Sequence record: PZ476263.1
DNA from: a phage
Strand: one strand, 5' to 3'
DNA length: 64,000 nt
A program made the translations under genes and the position numbers. Below are positions 18,693 to 28,566 of the stretch, piece by piece. A model generated the notes under the pieces. That model saw nothing but the letters and a program-made list of their open reading frames with translations. It made no database searches and was not told where the DNA came from. Every line of letters starts with the position of its first letter. The first letter of the stretch is position 1.

Positions 18693-20705
18693 TTAAAAAG
18701 TTACTTCAATTACACGATTAAATTTACCAGCTACTTTCAGAATCACAGATTTGCCAGAGGTTTCTGAGAAACCGATACCTGCCAGTTGCTGATCAGATGG
18801 TGCAACTTTCATCTTCTCTGCCAGAACTTCAAATACCTTCTTATGTTTGTTCAGCTCTGGGCGAAGGTATTCATTATAGAATCCACGAGTACCTTCTGGA
18901 TTTGCACAACCTTCCAACATAAAGAAGTAGTGGCGCAGGCCAGTTTTGTTGTTATCCCAATGGTTAGGTGAATTCATAATTACAGAGACTTTCTTAAAGT
19001 TTTCTGTGTTGATTCCCCATACCTTTTTGGAGACTGGTGCAGCCGCCTTCATTTTGCCAGTAATCTTTTCCACCTTACCATTAACAATCTTCACAGAGGC
19101 CACCTGAATTTTGTTGCCATCCTGCGGATTGTTCTCGGCACTCATGTTGTAAATTTCCCCGTTCACCTCCACTTGGATAGAGAAACCTGAACGAGTATTT
19201 GAACGACGACGATAGTTGTGAACAAAGATACCATAAACCCCATCAACGAGATCAGAATAGTAAATATTCTCAACTGGATCCACATCATTCCCAATTCCGC
19301 CTGCATTCATATCTACATCCAATTGACCACCCATTGGAGATCGACGATTACGGTTACCGAAGTAAACTGTGTAATTGCCTGGTTCAACAACAGACAGATC
19401 AAGGTCATCCCCGTTTGACCAAGACAAAGATACACGGAAAGGTGAATCTGTATTGCCGCCTGCTGCTTTAACGCGCTCTTTAATAGAGTCGGTTACTTCA
19501 CCATTGTACGACCAAGAGAAGTTGTTGTCCCACTTAAGCATGTTTGTAGCATCTGCATGTACAGGTGCGATCAGGGATACAAAGTTACCCGCCAGATTGT
19601 TACCAACAAACGCATCAATTCGTTCAGCCGATGGAAGAATATTCTTAAAGAAGTGCTCAGCACTTACCTTTTCCACCTTGTTCAGACTACGAGATGAACC
19701 TTTTGCAGACTCCTCTGAAAGCTCCTCAAACACATTGAACAGCTTCTTAGCTTCACGGTTAGCAAAGAGTACATTGTTAATCGTAATGTCTTCAATCGTC
19801 GCATATCGACGTGCAAGAGAGTCTTCCATACCCAACTCTGCAACTGTTTTCTGAGCCTGTTCAATCATACCTTTGGTGATCAAAGACGTTGGGCGCTTAT
19901 AGTTTGTCGGAGCCATAACTTTTTCCCAAGCTTTAACCGCAGCTTCCAGATCCATATCGTTAGATAAGTTTTCAAGCAACGTTCCTAAAGCTGTGTTACG
20001 GAATTTAAGAACATAGTTATGTTCAACTGCCATCGTCCACAAGAAACCTTGTTTCTCTGAAATGGAGCGACGATCATATTCCTTTTTCAGTTTAATAAAC
20101 AGGTCTACTAAACCACGGAATTCATTACCGCGATACAGAGAGCCTTGAGCAGTCAGTTCTTTGATCGTCTCAGCTGCATCAAGAGTAAGTTCTTTCATGC
20201 TGCGCTCAAAAACTTGAACAATACCACGGATATCGTTCTGCTTGGTTGGGATCACACCTTTATCATACACAACATTGCTCGGAAGAACTGCATAAAAGTG
20301 ATTATAAGTTACAACCTGCCCATTTTCAATAACGTTGTTTTTCTCTAAGCCAACACGGCGTTCATGATGGAAAAACTGATCAACAACATTGCTATTACGA
20401 ACTTTGTTGGCAAGAGAATCAACCACGGCCTGATAGTAGCCAGGGACAGTGATATCCCACACGGACACGATCTCATTGTCGACAAAAGTAACTACACGAC
20501 CAACGTCACGAATAAAGTTTTTGCAGCAATTGCAATCGTACTCACGACGCTCACGGTATACATTGTTAGTCCCTTCAGGGAAAGAATCAAGGTAAAGGTT
20601 GTAAAATTCATCTTTATCAATATCGACAACGAACAGTCCGGTTTTAGACATTTTAGCCAGTTGTTTCTGAATCTCGGTTACGAAAGCGTGGTAGTTGTTA
20701 GACAT
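18693..20705 (-). CDS. large hypothetical protein (enzyme-like, unassigned)
   Basis: 670-aa ORF; N-terminal Cys cluster YDCNCCKNF; no family recognised by eye. Confidence 0.6.
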   Translation of the reverse strand: MSNNYHAFVTEIQKQLAKMSKTGLFVVDIDKDEFYNLYLDSFPEGTNNVYRERREYDCNCCKNFIRDVGRVVTFVDNEIVSVWDITVPGYYQAVVDSLANKVRNSNVVDQFFHHERRVGLEKNNVIENGQVVTYNHFYAVLPSNVVYDKGVIPTKQNDIRGIVQVFERSMKELTLDAAETIKELTAQGSLYRGNEFRGLVDLFIKLKKEYDRRSISEKQGFLWTMAVEHNYVLKFRNTALGTLLENLSNDMDLEAAVKAWEKVMAPTNYKRPTSLITKGMIEQAQKTVAELGMEDSLARRYATIEDITINNVLFANREAKKLFNVFEELSEESAKGSSRSLNKVEKVSAEHFFKNILPSAERIDAFVGNNLAGNFVSLIAPVHADATNMLKWDNNFSWSYNGEVTDSIKERVKAAGGNTDSPFRVSLSWSNGDDLDLSVVEPGNYTVYFGNRNRRSPMGGQLDVDMNAGGIGNDVDPVENIYYSDLVDGVYGIFVHNYRRRSNTRSGFSIQVEVNGEIYNMSAENNPQDGNKIQVASVKIVNGKVEKITGKMKAAAPVSKKVWGINTENFKKVSVIMNSPNHWDNNKTGLRHYFFMLEGCANPEGTRGFYNEYLRPELNKHKKVFEVLAEKMKVAPSDQQLAGIGFSETSGKSVILKVAGKFNRVIEVTF

Positions 20706-20909
20706 TTAATATTCTCCTTTGTGTTTTGATGTGGTAATACTACTTACTTTTCTTTTTGTTGTCAACCTCTTTGTAGAATTCTTTTAAAAATTCTTCGGGA
20801 GGGACTCCCTTTTTATAGTAAGGTAAGCAATCAGAGATCACAAACCACCTGTGTGTTTTCATAGACCAAACGATCTTCTCACACTCGGCAATATACTGGA
20901 TAAAGGTCA

Positions 20910-21185
20910 TTAATCCTTTTTCCCATAAGAAAGAGATTCAAACTGAGATGAATCATTTTCAAAGGACACTTGCTTAGAGTCTTGTTGAGTCTGCTTGTCG
21001 ATCTGGATCAGGCATGTTTCAATCACCGACCCTAAAGGCATTCTCATGCTTTTGCTATAGGCAAGTAAAAACTTAAGTGCTTCTGCTTCTTCTTTTGACA
21101 TGTTTAGTGTAATCATTGTTTTCTCTCTTTTAGTATTATACGTGAACAACAAACCAGACTTGATTTTTATTATTGTAAACTTCAT
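20910..21185 (-). CDS. hypothetical protein
   Basis: 91-aa ORF. Confidence 0.4.
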   Translation of the reverse strand: MKFTIIKIKSGLLFTYNTKREKTMITLNMSKEEAEALKFLLAYSKSMRMPLGSVIETCLIQIDKQTQQDSKQVSFENDSSQFESLSYGKKD

Positions 21186-21321
21186 AAGATTTTAGTATGG
21201 AGTAACAATATTTTTGAAATCCTTTTACTAAGATCGTTGTTTTCTCTTCAGGGATTTCTGAAATATCTACATCAAATATTTCCATAACTACCTCACCGCT
21301 TTCAATTATGCGAATATTCAT
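21136..21321 (-). CDS. hypothetical protein
   Basis: 61-aa ORF. Confidence 0.35.
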   Translation of the reverse strand: MNIRIIESGEVVMEIFDVDISEIPEEKTTILVKGFQKYCYSILKSYEVYNNKNQVWFVVHV

Positions 21322-21331
21322 ATCAGTACCA

Positions 21332-21706
21332 CTATTTAAGTTTTTTCATCTTTTTGATCTGTGATGGCAAAATATAAGTTACTTCATTGAAGATTTCAAG
21401 ATCTTCTTTTTCAACCCATACTCGGCCCGTGTCTGGACAGAAAGTATGACCAACGAGGACAGTCATTGTGTTCTCTTCCCCGATCCCGTAGCAGGGTTGA
21501 CCATCACCATAGTTACTGAAAACAAAGTTTTCATTAGGTTTAAGTGCTTCACCTTGGACAAAGATAACGTAACCAGCTTCTTTCATCGCTTGGATTTCTT
21601 TTGCTCGTTCAAAGCCTTTCATGAAACGAGTGTAAGAGTGTTTATTGGCGAAATCTTTAATTTTGATCTCTTCTAACTTGATGTGGCGGATGTTCAAATG
21701 AGACAT
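21332..21706 (-). CDS. hypothetical protein
   Basis: 124-aa ORF. Confidence 0.5.
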   Translation of the reverse strand: MSHLNIRHIKLEEIKIKDFANKHSYTRFMKGFERAKEIQAMKEAGYVIFVQGEALKPNENFVFSNYGDGQPCYGIGEENTMTVLVGHTFCPDTGRVWVEKEDLEIFNEVTYILPSQIKKMKKLK

Positions 21707-21718
21707 TTTGTTTTCCTC

Positions 21719-21895
21719 TTATTTGTTAATGAATTGGCTAAGGATTTCGATAAGATCTTTAGCTTGTTTCTTGTCGAGAATCACGCTGTCTCCTGCGTGG
21801 AGGATTTCAATAACATCCTCTTCTGCATGATATTCAACTTCCTTTGCATGAAAATCTTCAGTTTCTTTAATCACTTTTACAATGCGCTGTGTCAT
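21719..21895 (-). CDS. hypothetical small acidic protein (not in ORF track, <60 aa)
   Basis: 58-aa ORF read from reverse complement, co-oriented with neighbours; the overlapping + ORF 21683..22009 is antisense and rejected. Confidence 0.4.
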   Translation of the reverse strand: MTQRIVKVIKETEDFHAKEVEYHAEEDVIEILHAGDSVILDKKQAKDLIEILSQFINK

Positions 21896-22005
21896 CTTGT
21901 TTCTCTCCTTTTCTCTCTTTCATCGTTTAGTTTCGATAAGGTGATAGTACATCAACTAACCAATTATTATTTAGCAATTAGTGCTAAACGCCATAATCAA
22001 TCTTA

Positions 22006-22248
22006 TTAATTTTCATTTAATACCCTTAGTGATTTCTTTTCACAAATATCCCTGAGCCTGACTACCTCTCCTATTAGATAGGAAATAGCCTTAGCTTGTA
22101 CTGGTTCATCGTAATCCCCAACTGTCCCAAACACTTCATCGAGAGATAGGAAGAACCCTGAAGAGTAAATACTGTTTTGATCTTCTATAGCACGGTCTGC
22201 ATTAAATTTAATATCTTCCAGGGTGCTATTACTGATATTCATAGTCAA
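22006..22248 (-). CDS. hypothetical protein
   Basis: 80-aa ORF. Confidence 0.45.
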   Translation of the reverse strand: MTMNISNSTLEDIKFNADRAIEDQNSIYSSGFFLSLDEVFGTVGDYDEPVQAKAISYLIGEVVRLRDICEKKSLRVLNEN

Positions 22249-22670
22249 ACTCCATAATCTATCTTAACAAGCTTCCCTTTGTAGTATCCAAAGTTTTTAG
22301 GAAATGCGTCGTACTCGAAGAAATCTCGGTCAAGGGTTCTATCTTTATCGTTATCAATCTCATCATAAAGTTTTTGTAGATCAGCTTTAAATAATTCCTC
22401 ATTTTCTACTGGTTTAGCCTTGTGCATCACAACCATAAGTCCGAACCTGTTTGAGTGAGCTATTGGGCACAGATGCGGGTTATTATACCCTTTCCACTGA
22501 CCCTCTGTCATATTGCTGAGCATTCCTTGAACAAACGCCTTCCATGAATTAAATCTTGGGAACTTAATCGCATACTTGTTTGTGATTATGACAATTCTCG
22601 TCCCGCCACTCCTGTTTATCTGCATCTTAATATCTCCAGACCTCGTTACTTGTTTCGATGAGGGCATCAT
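22245..22670 (-). CDS. hypothetical protein
   Basis: 141-aa ORF. Confidence 0.5.
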   Translation of the reverse strand: MMPSSKQVTRSGDIKMQINRSGGTRIVIITNKYAIKFPRFNSWKAFVQGMLSNMTEGQWKGYNNPHLCPIAHSNRFGLMVVMHKAKPVENEELFKADLQKLYDEIDNDKDRTLDRDFFEYDAFPKNFGYYKGKLVKIDYGV

Positions 22671-22712
22671 ACCAGAATGAATCTGTGTGTCAACACTTTT
22701 TATTCAGGCAAT

Positions 22713-22736
22713 AAAAAACCACCCCGAAGGGTGGCT
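22713..22736 (-). terminator. rho-independent terminator downstream of DNA polymerase (- strand)
   Basis: CCACCC-cgaa-GGGTGG hairpin with T-run on - strand. Confidence 0.7.
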
Positions 22737-22752
22737 TAAGATTAAAGTTTCA

Positions 22753-23651
22753 TTAGTGACAATCTCCCCAGCTGTATCCACACAAGTATTCCCCTGTGAT
22801 ATGCACTGGTGATTTCATCATCTTAGCTGCTTGTTCGACACAACGAACAACCATCTCTCCTACAGGGCAGTATGTAATAGTGAAGATACCATTTTCATCT
22901 GGATCACACTTAAACTTACCTTCCTTGACACAATGGCCTTCGAGGACCATCTTCTTAGCAAGACATGCCTCAACAAAAGCTTTTGCATCAGCTTCGTTAT
23001 CAAACTTCCATACCTTTTTGAACTTCTCCGGCACTTCAAGCTGGTACTCGTCATGGTAATAAATTGTACGACGTACACCTTGATCATACCAACCTTTTTT
23101 AACCAGCTGCCAATGCAACAGGATACCTACCAAGTCAAACATGGCAGCACCACCGTTCTGTTGGAAAGCGTTAAGCAATGAGTGTTTGGATCGGGTATAG
23201 ATCTTACGACCATCAAGACCATAAATGAATCGTTTACCGTTGGCTTCCCAAAACTTCTCAAGTGCTTCTTTACGACCTTTCAAACCTAAGTTGCTATCCC
23301 AAAATGCATCGATTACTGCTTGTGCTTTCTCCAATGAAATTCCAAGCATGGATGCAATCTTAGCTGCTTGAGCACCGTACATAATTCCATAGGTGATCCC
23401 CTTTCCTTCCCCACGAGATACTTTCTTACCCGCTGCCTTGGTATATGCTTCTGCGTTTCGACTATGAGCATCACCACTTTCCATAATTCGGAGGTAAGCA
23501 CCACCATCGAATTCATAACTTCCCCATGCAGCGACCATACCCTCTAAGTTAGAACCGTCTATACCTACCTGATACTTACCCTCGGGTACAGTGAAAAGGT
23601 CACGCATTTCTTTACCTAGAAGAACCTTAGGATCAGGCTTCGGCACGTTAG
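22753..23651 (-). CDS. DNA polymerase, family A (T7 gp5-like), 3' exon: palm/fingers from motif A to C-terminus
   Basis: GIDGSNLEGMV (motif A region), KGITYGIMYGA, GLDGRKIYTRSKHSLLNAFQQNGGA, YHDEYQLEV (motif C), C-terminus ...SWGDCH; parallels the T7 DNA polymerase C-terminal half as recalled; 5' boundary approximate. Confidence 0.85.
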
Positions 23652-24875
23652 CACAATATGTTCGTTAAAGGTCGCAACTCTTTAACCGGGATCGTATACA
23701 CCTGAAGAAATATCTCTTCACACTTTCGAGTACGATTCCTGTTTCTTTTGCTACGTCACAGAAATCTTTCCCATCAAGTATCATTTTTGTTATCTCTAGT
23801 TCCAACTCTTCTTTAGTTTTGTTTCTTAACTTACTGACCCCAAAAGTTTTATCTTCGGCAAATTTACCGATAAAAAATCTAACTGTCGGTTTCTCTAAGT
23901 TTAGGATCTCACAAATCTTTAAAAGAGTCGCACCTTTCCACCATAAAGATCTTGCTTCTTCTGCAAGATGTTTCTTTTCTTCCACTTCAGAAACACATTT
24001 CCCCATGTCGAAAGTTTTTAAGTATCTTGCTGCAAAGTGCCTTTCTTGTCCAAGGTCCAGAGAGATTTTTGCATACGAATCACCTGCCAGATATCTTTTA
24101 TGGATGTGCAGATACATCTCTCCATAGTTATCAAAGCCGGATTGTTTTGCTCTATTATCTCTTTTTGCCATTGAACTTCTTTCAGATGCGATAGTTTTTA
24201 TGGACTCACCAAAAGAGTTTCCAATTGCATCTGGACTAGGACTCACCGCTGAAAAAGTATTATTAGTCATGTTATAGAATTCTGTATTGTTGGCTGCATC
24301 ATTCTCTAAAAGAACTTTTTCTTCGATTTCACGAAGGAGATCTCTTTTGTCTACAACTTCCAACACCTCAGCTACAAATCTATGACCACTTTTTAAATCC
24401 TTTTTCATATCTGGATTGGAAGAGGACCCAAGATAAGGTTTTCCACTCTTAATCGAGATTATTGTGGGGATTCCATCCACATCTATCACTTTGCATTCAC
24501 TTTTACTTCCGATATATTTGTTCGGGTATTCTTCTTTATCGATGTTTTTCAAGAGATAAACAATGTTCATGTATACGTCCTCCGCTGTATCTTTCAACAC
24601 AGTTCAGACTATATCTTTGACACACTAAAGGATAGCTGAACCAATCTACCCCTAATGTATCACAAACCACTTCGATTGTCTACGCTTACAATCTACGCCT
24701 TCCGGCTAGTCGTTGAACCTTCTACCTGTCTGGTAGCTTGGCTGCTGATTGCCCAATCCTTTAACTTTTTAAACCTTCGCTTTGTATTCCTACTCGCAGT
24801 GGTATAAAGGCTCTAAGGGGTTCCCAGCAATTCAATTTGTTTTATACTGAGGCAGCTTTAGTTTACCACAGTGTG
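23652..24875 (-). mobile_element. group I intron interrupting the DNA polymerase gene, carrying a GIY-YIG homing endonuclease ORF
   Basis: All four conserved core elements on - strand RNA: P AAUUGCUGGGAAC (rc of 24820-24832), Q AAUCAGCAGCC (rc of 24740-24750), R GUUCAACGACUAGCC (rc of 24704-24718), S AAGAUAUAGUCUGAAC (rc of 24602-24617); polymerase reading frame resumes after the inserted ORF; exact splice sites not resolved. Confidence 0.75.
23665..24600 (-). CDS. GIY-YIG family homing endonuclease (intron-encoded)
   Basis: 311 aa; N-terminal MNIVYLLKNI...NKYIGSKSE matches the GIY...YIG module; Lys-rich C-terminal half; RBS GGAGGA; located inside the intron downstream of core element S. Confidence 0.75.
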   Translation of the reverse strand: MLKDTAEDVYMNIVYLLKNIDKEEYPNKYIGSKSECKVIDVDGIPTIISIKSGKPYLGSSSNPDMKKDLKSGHRFVAEVLEVVDKRDLLREIEEKVLLENDAANNTEFYNMTNNTFSAVSPSPDAIGNSFGESIKTIASERSSMAKRDNRAKQSGFDNYGEMYLHIHKRYLAGDSYAKISLDLGQERHFAARYLKTFDMGKCVSEVEEKKHLAEEARSLWWKGATLLKICEILNLEKPTVRFFIGKFAEDKTFGVSKLRNKTKEELELEITKMILDGKDFCDVAKETGIVLESVKRYFFRCIRSRLKSCDL

Positions 24876-26594
24876 TTTACGACGGCCTGTATTCGTTATT
24901 CCAGTATAACGTGCAGGTAATTTACCGTCCACCGCAAGTCGAGGATGGTTTAACCAACCTGTATCTACTTTATCCTCTTTCAAAGGATCAAGAACACTTC
25001 GACGGTTACGAAGAGATAGCCATTTTACAATCTGCTTTGCCATATCACCATCGACTCGCTCAAGGTTAGGACAAAGGCCCTGCTGATCCTTAAGCTGCGG
25101 TGATGTTGGTAATGCTCTTGCCTTCTTCCTGAAGAACTTATACATCTTCTCTTTATCTTGCCACTGCTTACCACTGATACCTAAACTTTTCAGAATCAGA
25201 TCGCGATATTCAGTCTGGTCAAGATCATCAATGTATTGACGAACAATGATATCGACTTCGTTATCGGGACGTTGTTTCTTAAACTGGTCCTTCGTCGCAT
25301 CTTTGGTTCGCCACAATGTTGGGACCCAACCCGCATCACGAATAAGGAATTTTTTAACGTCATCCTGATTACCAATACGCATCGGAATCATAATATCCGG
25401 CATCTTTTGATCTTTGATATCCATCAATGCACGGGCCATGTCTTCCGGTGGCAAAGGTACAAGATTTTCCTTTTTCACATTTTGAGAACGAATAAATTCA
25501 GCCATTTTGGATTCATCTTCTACACCATGCTCTACACAATACTTAATTGCAGCAGATGTGAGTGAACCATCGCCCTTAAACGGCTTACTTGGAGCGCCTT
25601 TAAATTCAAGAGCTTCCCAATTCACATTGTAACCTAACTTCTCTAACCATTTCCAGCCCGTACCAGAAAGAGATCCATCTCCTTTAAACGGCTTAGACGG
25701 GAAAGTAGGCTGTGCTGACTTGGACATCTCTTTCTTCGGCAGCTTTGGTTCAACCTCTTCTTCAATTTCTTTCATCATCGTATCAATACGATCACGCAAA
25801 GCTAAACCTTTCTCCACGTCGAAAGTAACACCCTGAATTTCTTGCTCAACCATCAAATAGTCGGTAAGCATACCTCGACGCAAGGCATTCTTCCAATTGA
25901 TGAGCTTCATCTTCTTCGGATCTTTGTCCGATTCATCTTTGTACATGAAACGTTTATCATCCGGCATAGAGTCACATGAAATTTCTTTCATGAGGGCATC
26001 CCATACCATTTCGTTGATGATTACGTCTTCAATAATACGATCACAATATTTCCACAAAGGGAGTCCACGCCAATCTTCGATTGCTACCTTCTGGTTTGCT
26101 ACTCGCATACCCCAAGCTTCAAGTCCATGAGGGCCTACAGGCTTCATTTTACCTGTAACTGGGTTCTTTACCATCTCGGGACAACCGCGCGGCAGAGGGC
26201 GATCTGGATACAGTGTACGGGACATTGAAAGGGTATCGAAGATGTTAACTTGTTTACCATTGATAGTCCCCATGCAACCAGGGTCTGCAAACATATCGTA
26301 TGTTGTTCCAAACATCTTTTTAAACAGCTGTAAGTCATAGCCGAAGATATTATGGATAGCAACAGCTTTTGGTTCAGTCACAAACCACTCATTAAGTTCT
26401 TCCAACTTACGGATCTTAAAGTTCTTACCTTTGGATTGAATAAACTTAACCGCTTGCTCGTAGCCTTCGCGGTTCGGATCGATAAAAATATTCCAATTGT
26501 CCTTTTTGTACTCTTTAAAAAGAACACAGTGAACAAGATCAACTTCTGTCAACAGGCCGTTAGCCTCTGCATCTCCAATAAACAAACCTTTCAT
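24858..26594 (-). CDS. DNA polymerase, family A (T7 gp5-like), 5' exon: 3'-5' exonuclease domain plus N-terminal part of polymerase domain
   Basis: FIGDAEANGL (Exo I), GPHGLEAWGMRV and GWVPT match T7 gp5 landmarks as recalled; ends ...TGRRKHTVVN just before the conserved PNL(Q)xIP region; last codons and stop probably intron-encoded. Confidence 0.85.
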   Translation of the reverse strand: MKGLFIGDAEANGLLTEVDLVHCVLFKEYKKDNWNIFIDPNREGYEQAVKFIQSKGKNFKIRKLEELNEWFVTEPKAVAIHNIFGYDLQLFKKMFGTTYDMFADPGCMGTINGKQVNIFDTLSMSRTLYPDRPLPRGCPEMVKNPVTGKMKPVGPHGLEAWGMRVANQKVAIEDWRGLPLWKYCDRIIEDVIINEMVWDALMKEISCDSMPDDKRFMYKDESDKDPKKMKLINWKNALRRGMLTDYLMVEQEIQGVTFDVEKGLALRDRIDTMMKEIEEEVEPKLPKKEMSKSAQPTFPSKPFKGDGSLSGTGWKWLEKLGYNVNWEALEFKGAPSKPFKGDGSLTSAAIKYCVEHGVEDESKMAEFIRSQNVKKENLVPLPPEDMARALMDIKDQKMPDIMIPMRIGNQDDVKKFLIRDAGWVPTLWRTKDATKDQFKKQRPDNEVDIIVRQYIDDLDQTEYRDLILKSLGISGKQWQDKEKMYKFFRKKARALPTSPQLKDQQGLCPNLERVDGDMAKQIVKWLSLRNRRSVLDPLKEDKVDTGWLNHPRLAVDGKLPARYTGITNTGRRKHTVVN

Positions 26595-26678
26595 GTTCTA
26601 AAACCCTCCTCATCTTCTCTTTACCTTTGACCATATGACCGACTAACTATCTTACACATGATCAAAGAGAAAGACAAC

Positions 26679-26912
26679 TTAATCTTCAATCAATTCGAAT
26701 TCTGGAGCGAAGAGAACTATATTTTGGTCCTCTTCACCTGCCCAGATCCTTGCTGTACAAGGCTTGCCGCTTTTACAACAAAAGTAAACATCGGCCTCGT
26801 AGATATCTCCTACAGAAATTCCATAAGAAGAAAGACTAACGCCATTGGTATCGGGAATGTCGTTCTTTCTGATCTTTATCGAAATTTCTTTTTCTACATA
26901 TGTATTTCTCAA
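26679..26912 (-). CDS. hypothetical protein
   Basis: 77-aa ORF. Confidence 0.45.
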   Translation of the reverse strand: MRNTYVEKEISIKIRKNDIPDTNGVSLSSYGISVGDIYEADVYFCCKSGKPCTARIWAGEEDQNIVLFAPEFELIED

Positions 26913-27352
26913 CGTTCAATCTCCTTCTTTTTGGACATAGTGATGAAATAGTTCTGACCTTTCTTGCACTGGTTAAACCAGCCAACAAGATATCCATCTT
27001 CGATACGAATATCATACTCAGGGTATTCGCCCGTTCCACTGATTATATGGAAAAGTTTACCGAAGTCAATAAAGGTCAGATTATACTGAAAGTTTTCCTC
27101 GTCCTGGAAGATTGCAACAGCAGAGCTTCGGCCCTTTGACGTAGTAATAAACTTAAGTTTAAGTTCACGATGCTCATGATCGACAATGTTAACTTTTCTC
27201 TCAAGCAAGTAATTTGGGTCAACACGGGGCCAATGAGCTTTAAATCTTTCAGCGCCTTCTTCAGTAAAGGCATCACCATCGTAACCAGTAAACCATTTAC
27301 CATTATCTTTTACGTAGCCATGATAACTACGCTTACCTTTTACTTTAATCAT
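26909..27352 (-). CDS. hypothetical protein
   Basis: 147-aa ORF. Confidence 0.5.
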   Translation of the reverse strand: MIKVKGKRSYHGYVKDNGKWFTGYDGDAFTEEGAERFKAHWPRVDPNYLLERKVNIVDHEHRELKLKFITTSKGRSSAVAIFQDEENFQYNLTFIDFGKLFHIISGTGEYPEYDIRIEDGYLVGWFNQCKKGQNYFITMSKKKEIER

Positions 27353-27552
27353 TCCGTTATCTCCTCTTGTTCTGGATCTTCGATCATTGAGCTTTTAACT
27401 CTTGACCCGTATGTGGTCATTTCACCCGACCTACTCGAACCCTCAGGTGCTCTTATGACAGCATGACCTCTTAATAGTGTTCCTTCGTAGGTTTGTCCAA
27501 CTACAAAACCCATTTGGGAAACACCATTATCTCTATAACAAAGTAAATTCAT
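27349..27552 (-). CDS. small paralogue array member 11 (divergent)
   Basis: 67 aa; GQTYEG...IEDPEQEE; shares family scaffold. Confidence 0.55.
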   Translation of the reverse strand: MNLLCYRDNGVSQMGFVVGQTYEGTLLRGHAVIRAPEGSSRSGEMTTYGSRVKSSMIEDPEQEEITE

Positions 27553-27763
27553 CGTTCTCTATTTTAATTTCCTCTGTGATTTTATTTTCGGGATCAAGAA
27601 TAAGGCATGACTTTTTACACGGCACGGAATAAAACAACCCCCGCTCGTTTGGACAGATAATTAAAATATTTCGACCTCCCATATCTTTACCCTCGTAAGA
27701 CTCTCCTACCATTACCCCTTTGTCCCTCAGGAAACTATCCTCTTTTATGTAGATATACCTCAT
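27533..27763 (-). CDS. small paralogue array member 10
   Basis: 76 aa; MRYIYIKED...VGESYEG...ILDPE. Confidence 0.6.
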   Translation of the reverse strand: MRYIYIKEDSFLRDKGVMVGESYEGKDMGGRNILIICPNERGLFYSVPCKKSCLILDPENKITEEIKIENDEFTLL

Positions 27764-27960
27764 AGGCTGTTTTCCTCAGGGTCAAGAATAAAATGTTTAT
27801 CTTCGCAAAATCCCCAGTTATTTTCTCGTCCTAATGGATAGATACAGAGAATATTTTTCTTTATACTTGCATATTTCCCTTCATAAGTACAGCCTATTTC
27901 TACATGTTTCCAAGTAGGAACACTTAAGCATATGTATTTTTTAAATGTTTCTTCATTCAT
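27760..27960 (-). CDS. small paralogue array member 9
   Basis: About 66 aa from internal Met (track ORF to 27984); KKYICLS...IGCTYEG...LCIYPLG...ILDPEE. Confidence 0.6.
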   Translation of the reverse strand: MNEETFKKYICLSVPTWKHVEIGCTYEGKYASIKKNILCIYPLGRENNWGFCEDKHFILDPEENSL

Positions 27961-28156
27961 TTTGGTCCTCCCCCTCAGGGTCAATAACGAAGTGTATAGA
28001 ATTTAAATATCTTATCCCACCATCCAACCCTGTCGGGTAGATACAAAGATAGTGAAGCATTACGCTATCTTCACATCCATAATAAGTCGATCCTAAAGAA
28101 ACTTGACTGCTTGCTTTATCTGATAAGCAGATGTACTTTTTTAAATCCTGTTTCAT
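27953..28156 (-). CDS. small paralogue array member 8
   Basis: 67 aa; KKYICLSD...GSTYYG...LCIYPTG...VIDPEGE. Confidence 0.6.
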   Translation of the reverse strand: MKQDLKKYICLSDKASSQVSLGSTYYGCEDSVMLHYLCIYPTGLDGGIRYLNSIHFVIDPEGEDQNE

Positions 28157-28359
28157 TCATTAACCTCCTCAGGGTCGAGAATGAAATCATTAAAATCGCA
28201 AATTATCCAATCAGCAGACCAAGGGTGATGACCATCAGGGAAAATATATAGAACACCAGGTATCATTCCCCCTATAAAACCTGTATATGTCTCGCCTATT
28301 TTGACAAGATCCTCGTTACTTTTTATACAGAGGAACTTTTTAGTGTTTTTATCTCTCAT
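28153..28359 (-). CDS. small paralogue array member 7
   Basis: 68 aa; KKFLCIKS...IGETYTG...LYIFPDG...ILDPEE. Confidence 0.6.
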   Translation of the reverse strand: MRDKNTKKFLCIKSNEDLVKIGETYTGFIGGMIPGVLYIFPDGHHPWSADWIICDFNDFILDPEEVNE

Positions 28360-28565
28360 TTTTTAATATCCTCTGGTTCCTTTGCAAAACTCTTAGTGCC
28401 TATATATACCCATCCACTACCTATTCCATGAGGATATATACAAAGTGCATCCGACATTGTACTGTCGAATCCTGAATAAGTCTCCCCCAAATTAAGATTT
28501 GAGCATCCTTTGGTGCTTATGCATATGTAATTTTGAATATACATTTCAGGTTTTTGTTTCATTTT
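28356..28565 (-). CDS. small paralogue array member 6
   Basis: About 69 aa from internal Met (track ORF to 28622); NYICIS...LGETYSG...LCIYPHG. Confidence 0.55.
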   Translation of the reverse strand, partial: KMKQKPEMYIQNYICISTKGCSNLNLGETYSGFDSTMSDALCIYPHGIGSGWVYIGTKSFAKEPEDIKK

Positions 28566-28566
28566 A

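Noticed and set aside
21683-22009. 108-aa + strand ORF
   Set aside because: It is antisense to a well-formed 58-aa - strand ORF (21719..21895) that fits the co-oriented, translationally coupled - strand block.
22753-26594. Intein as the cause of the split DNA polymerase
   Set aside because: The intervening ORF is separated from both exons by stop codons and non-coding sequence and has GIY-YIG rather than intein splicing motifs; the group I core elements P, Q, R and S are present in the RNA.
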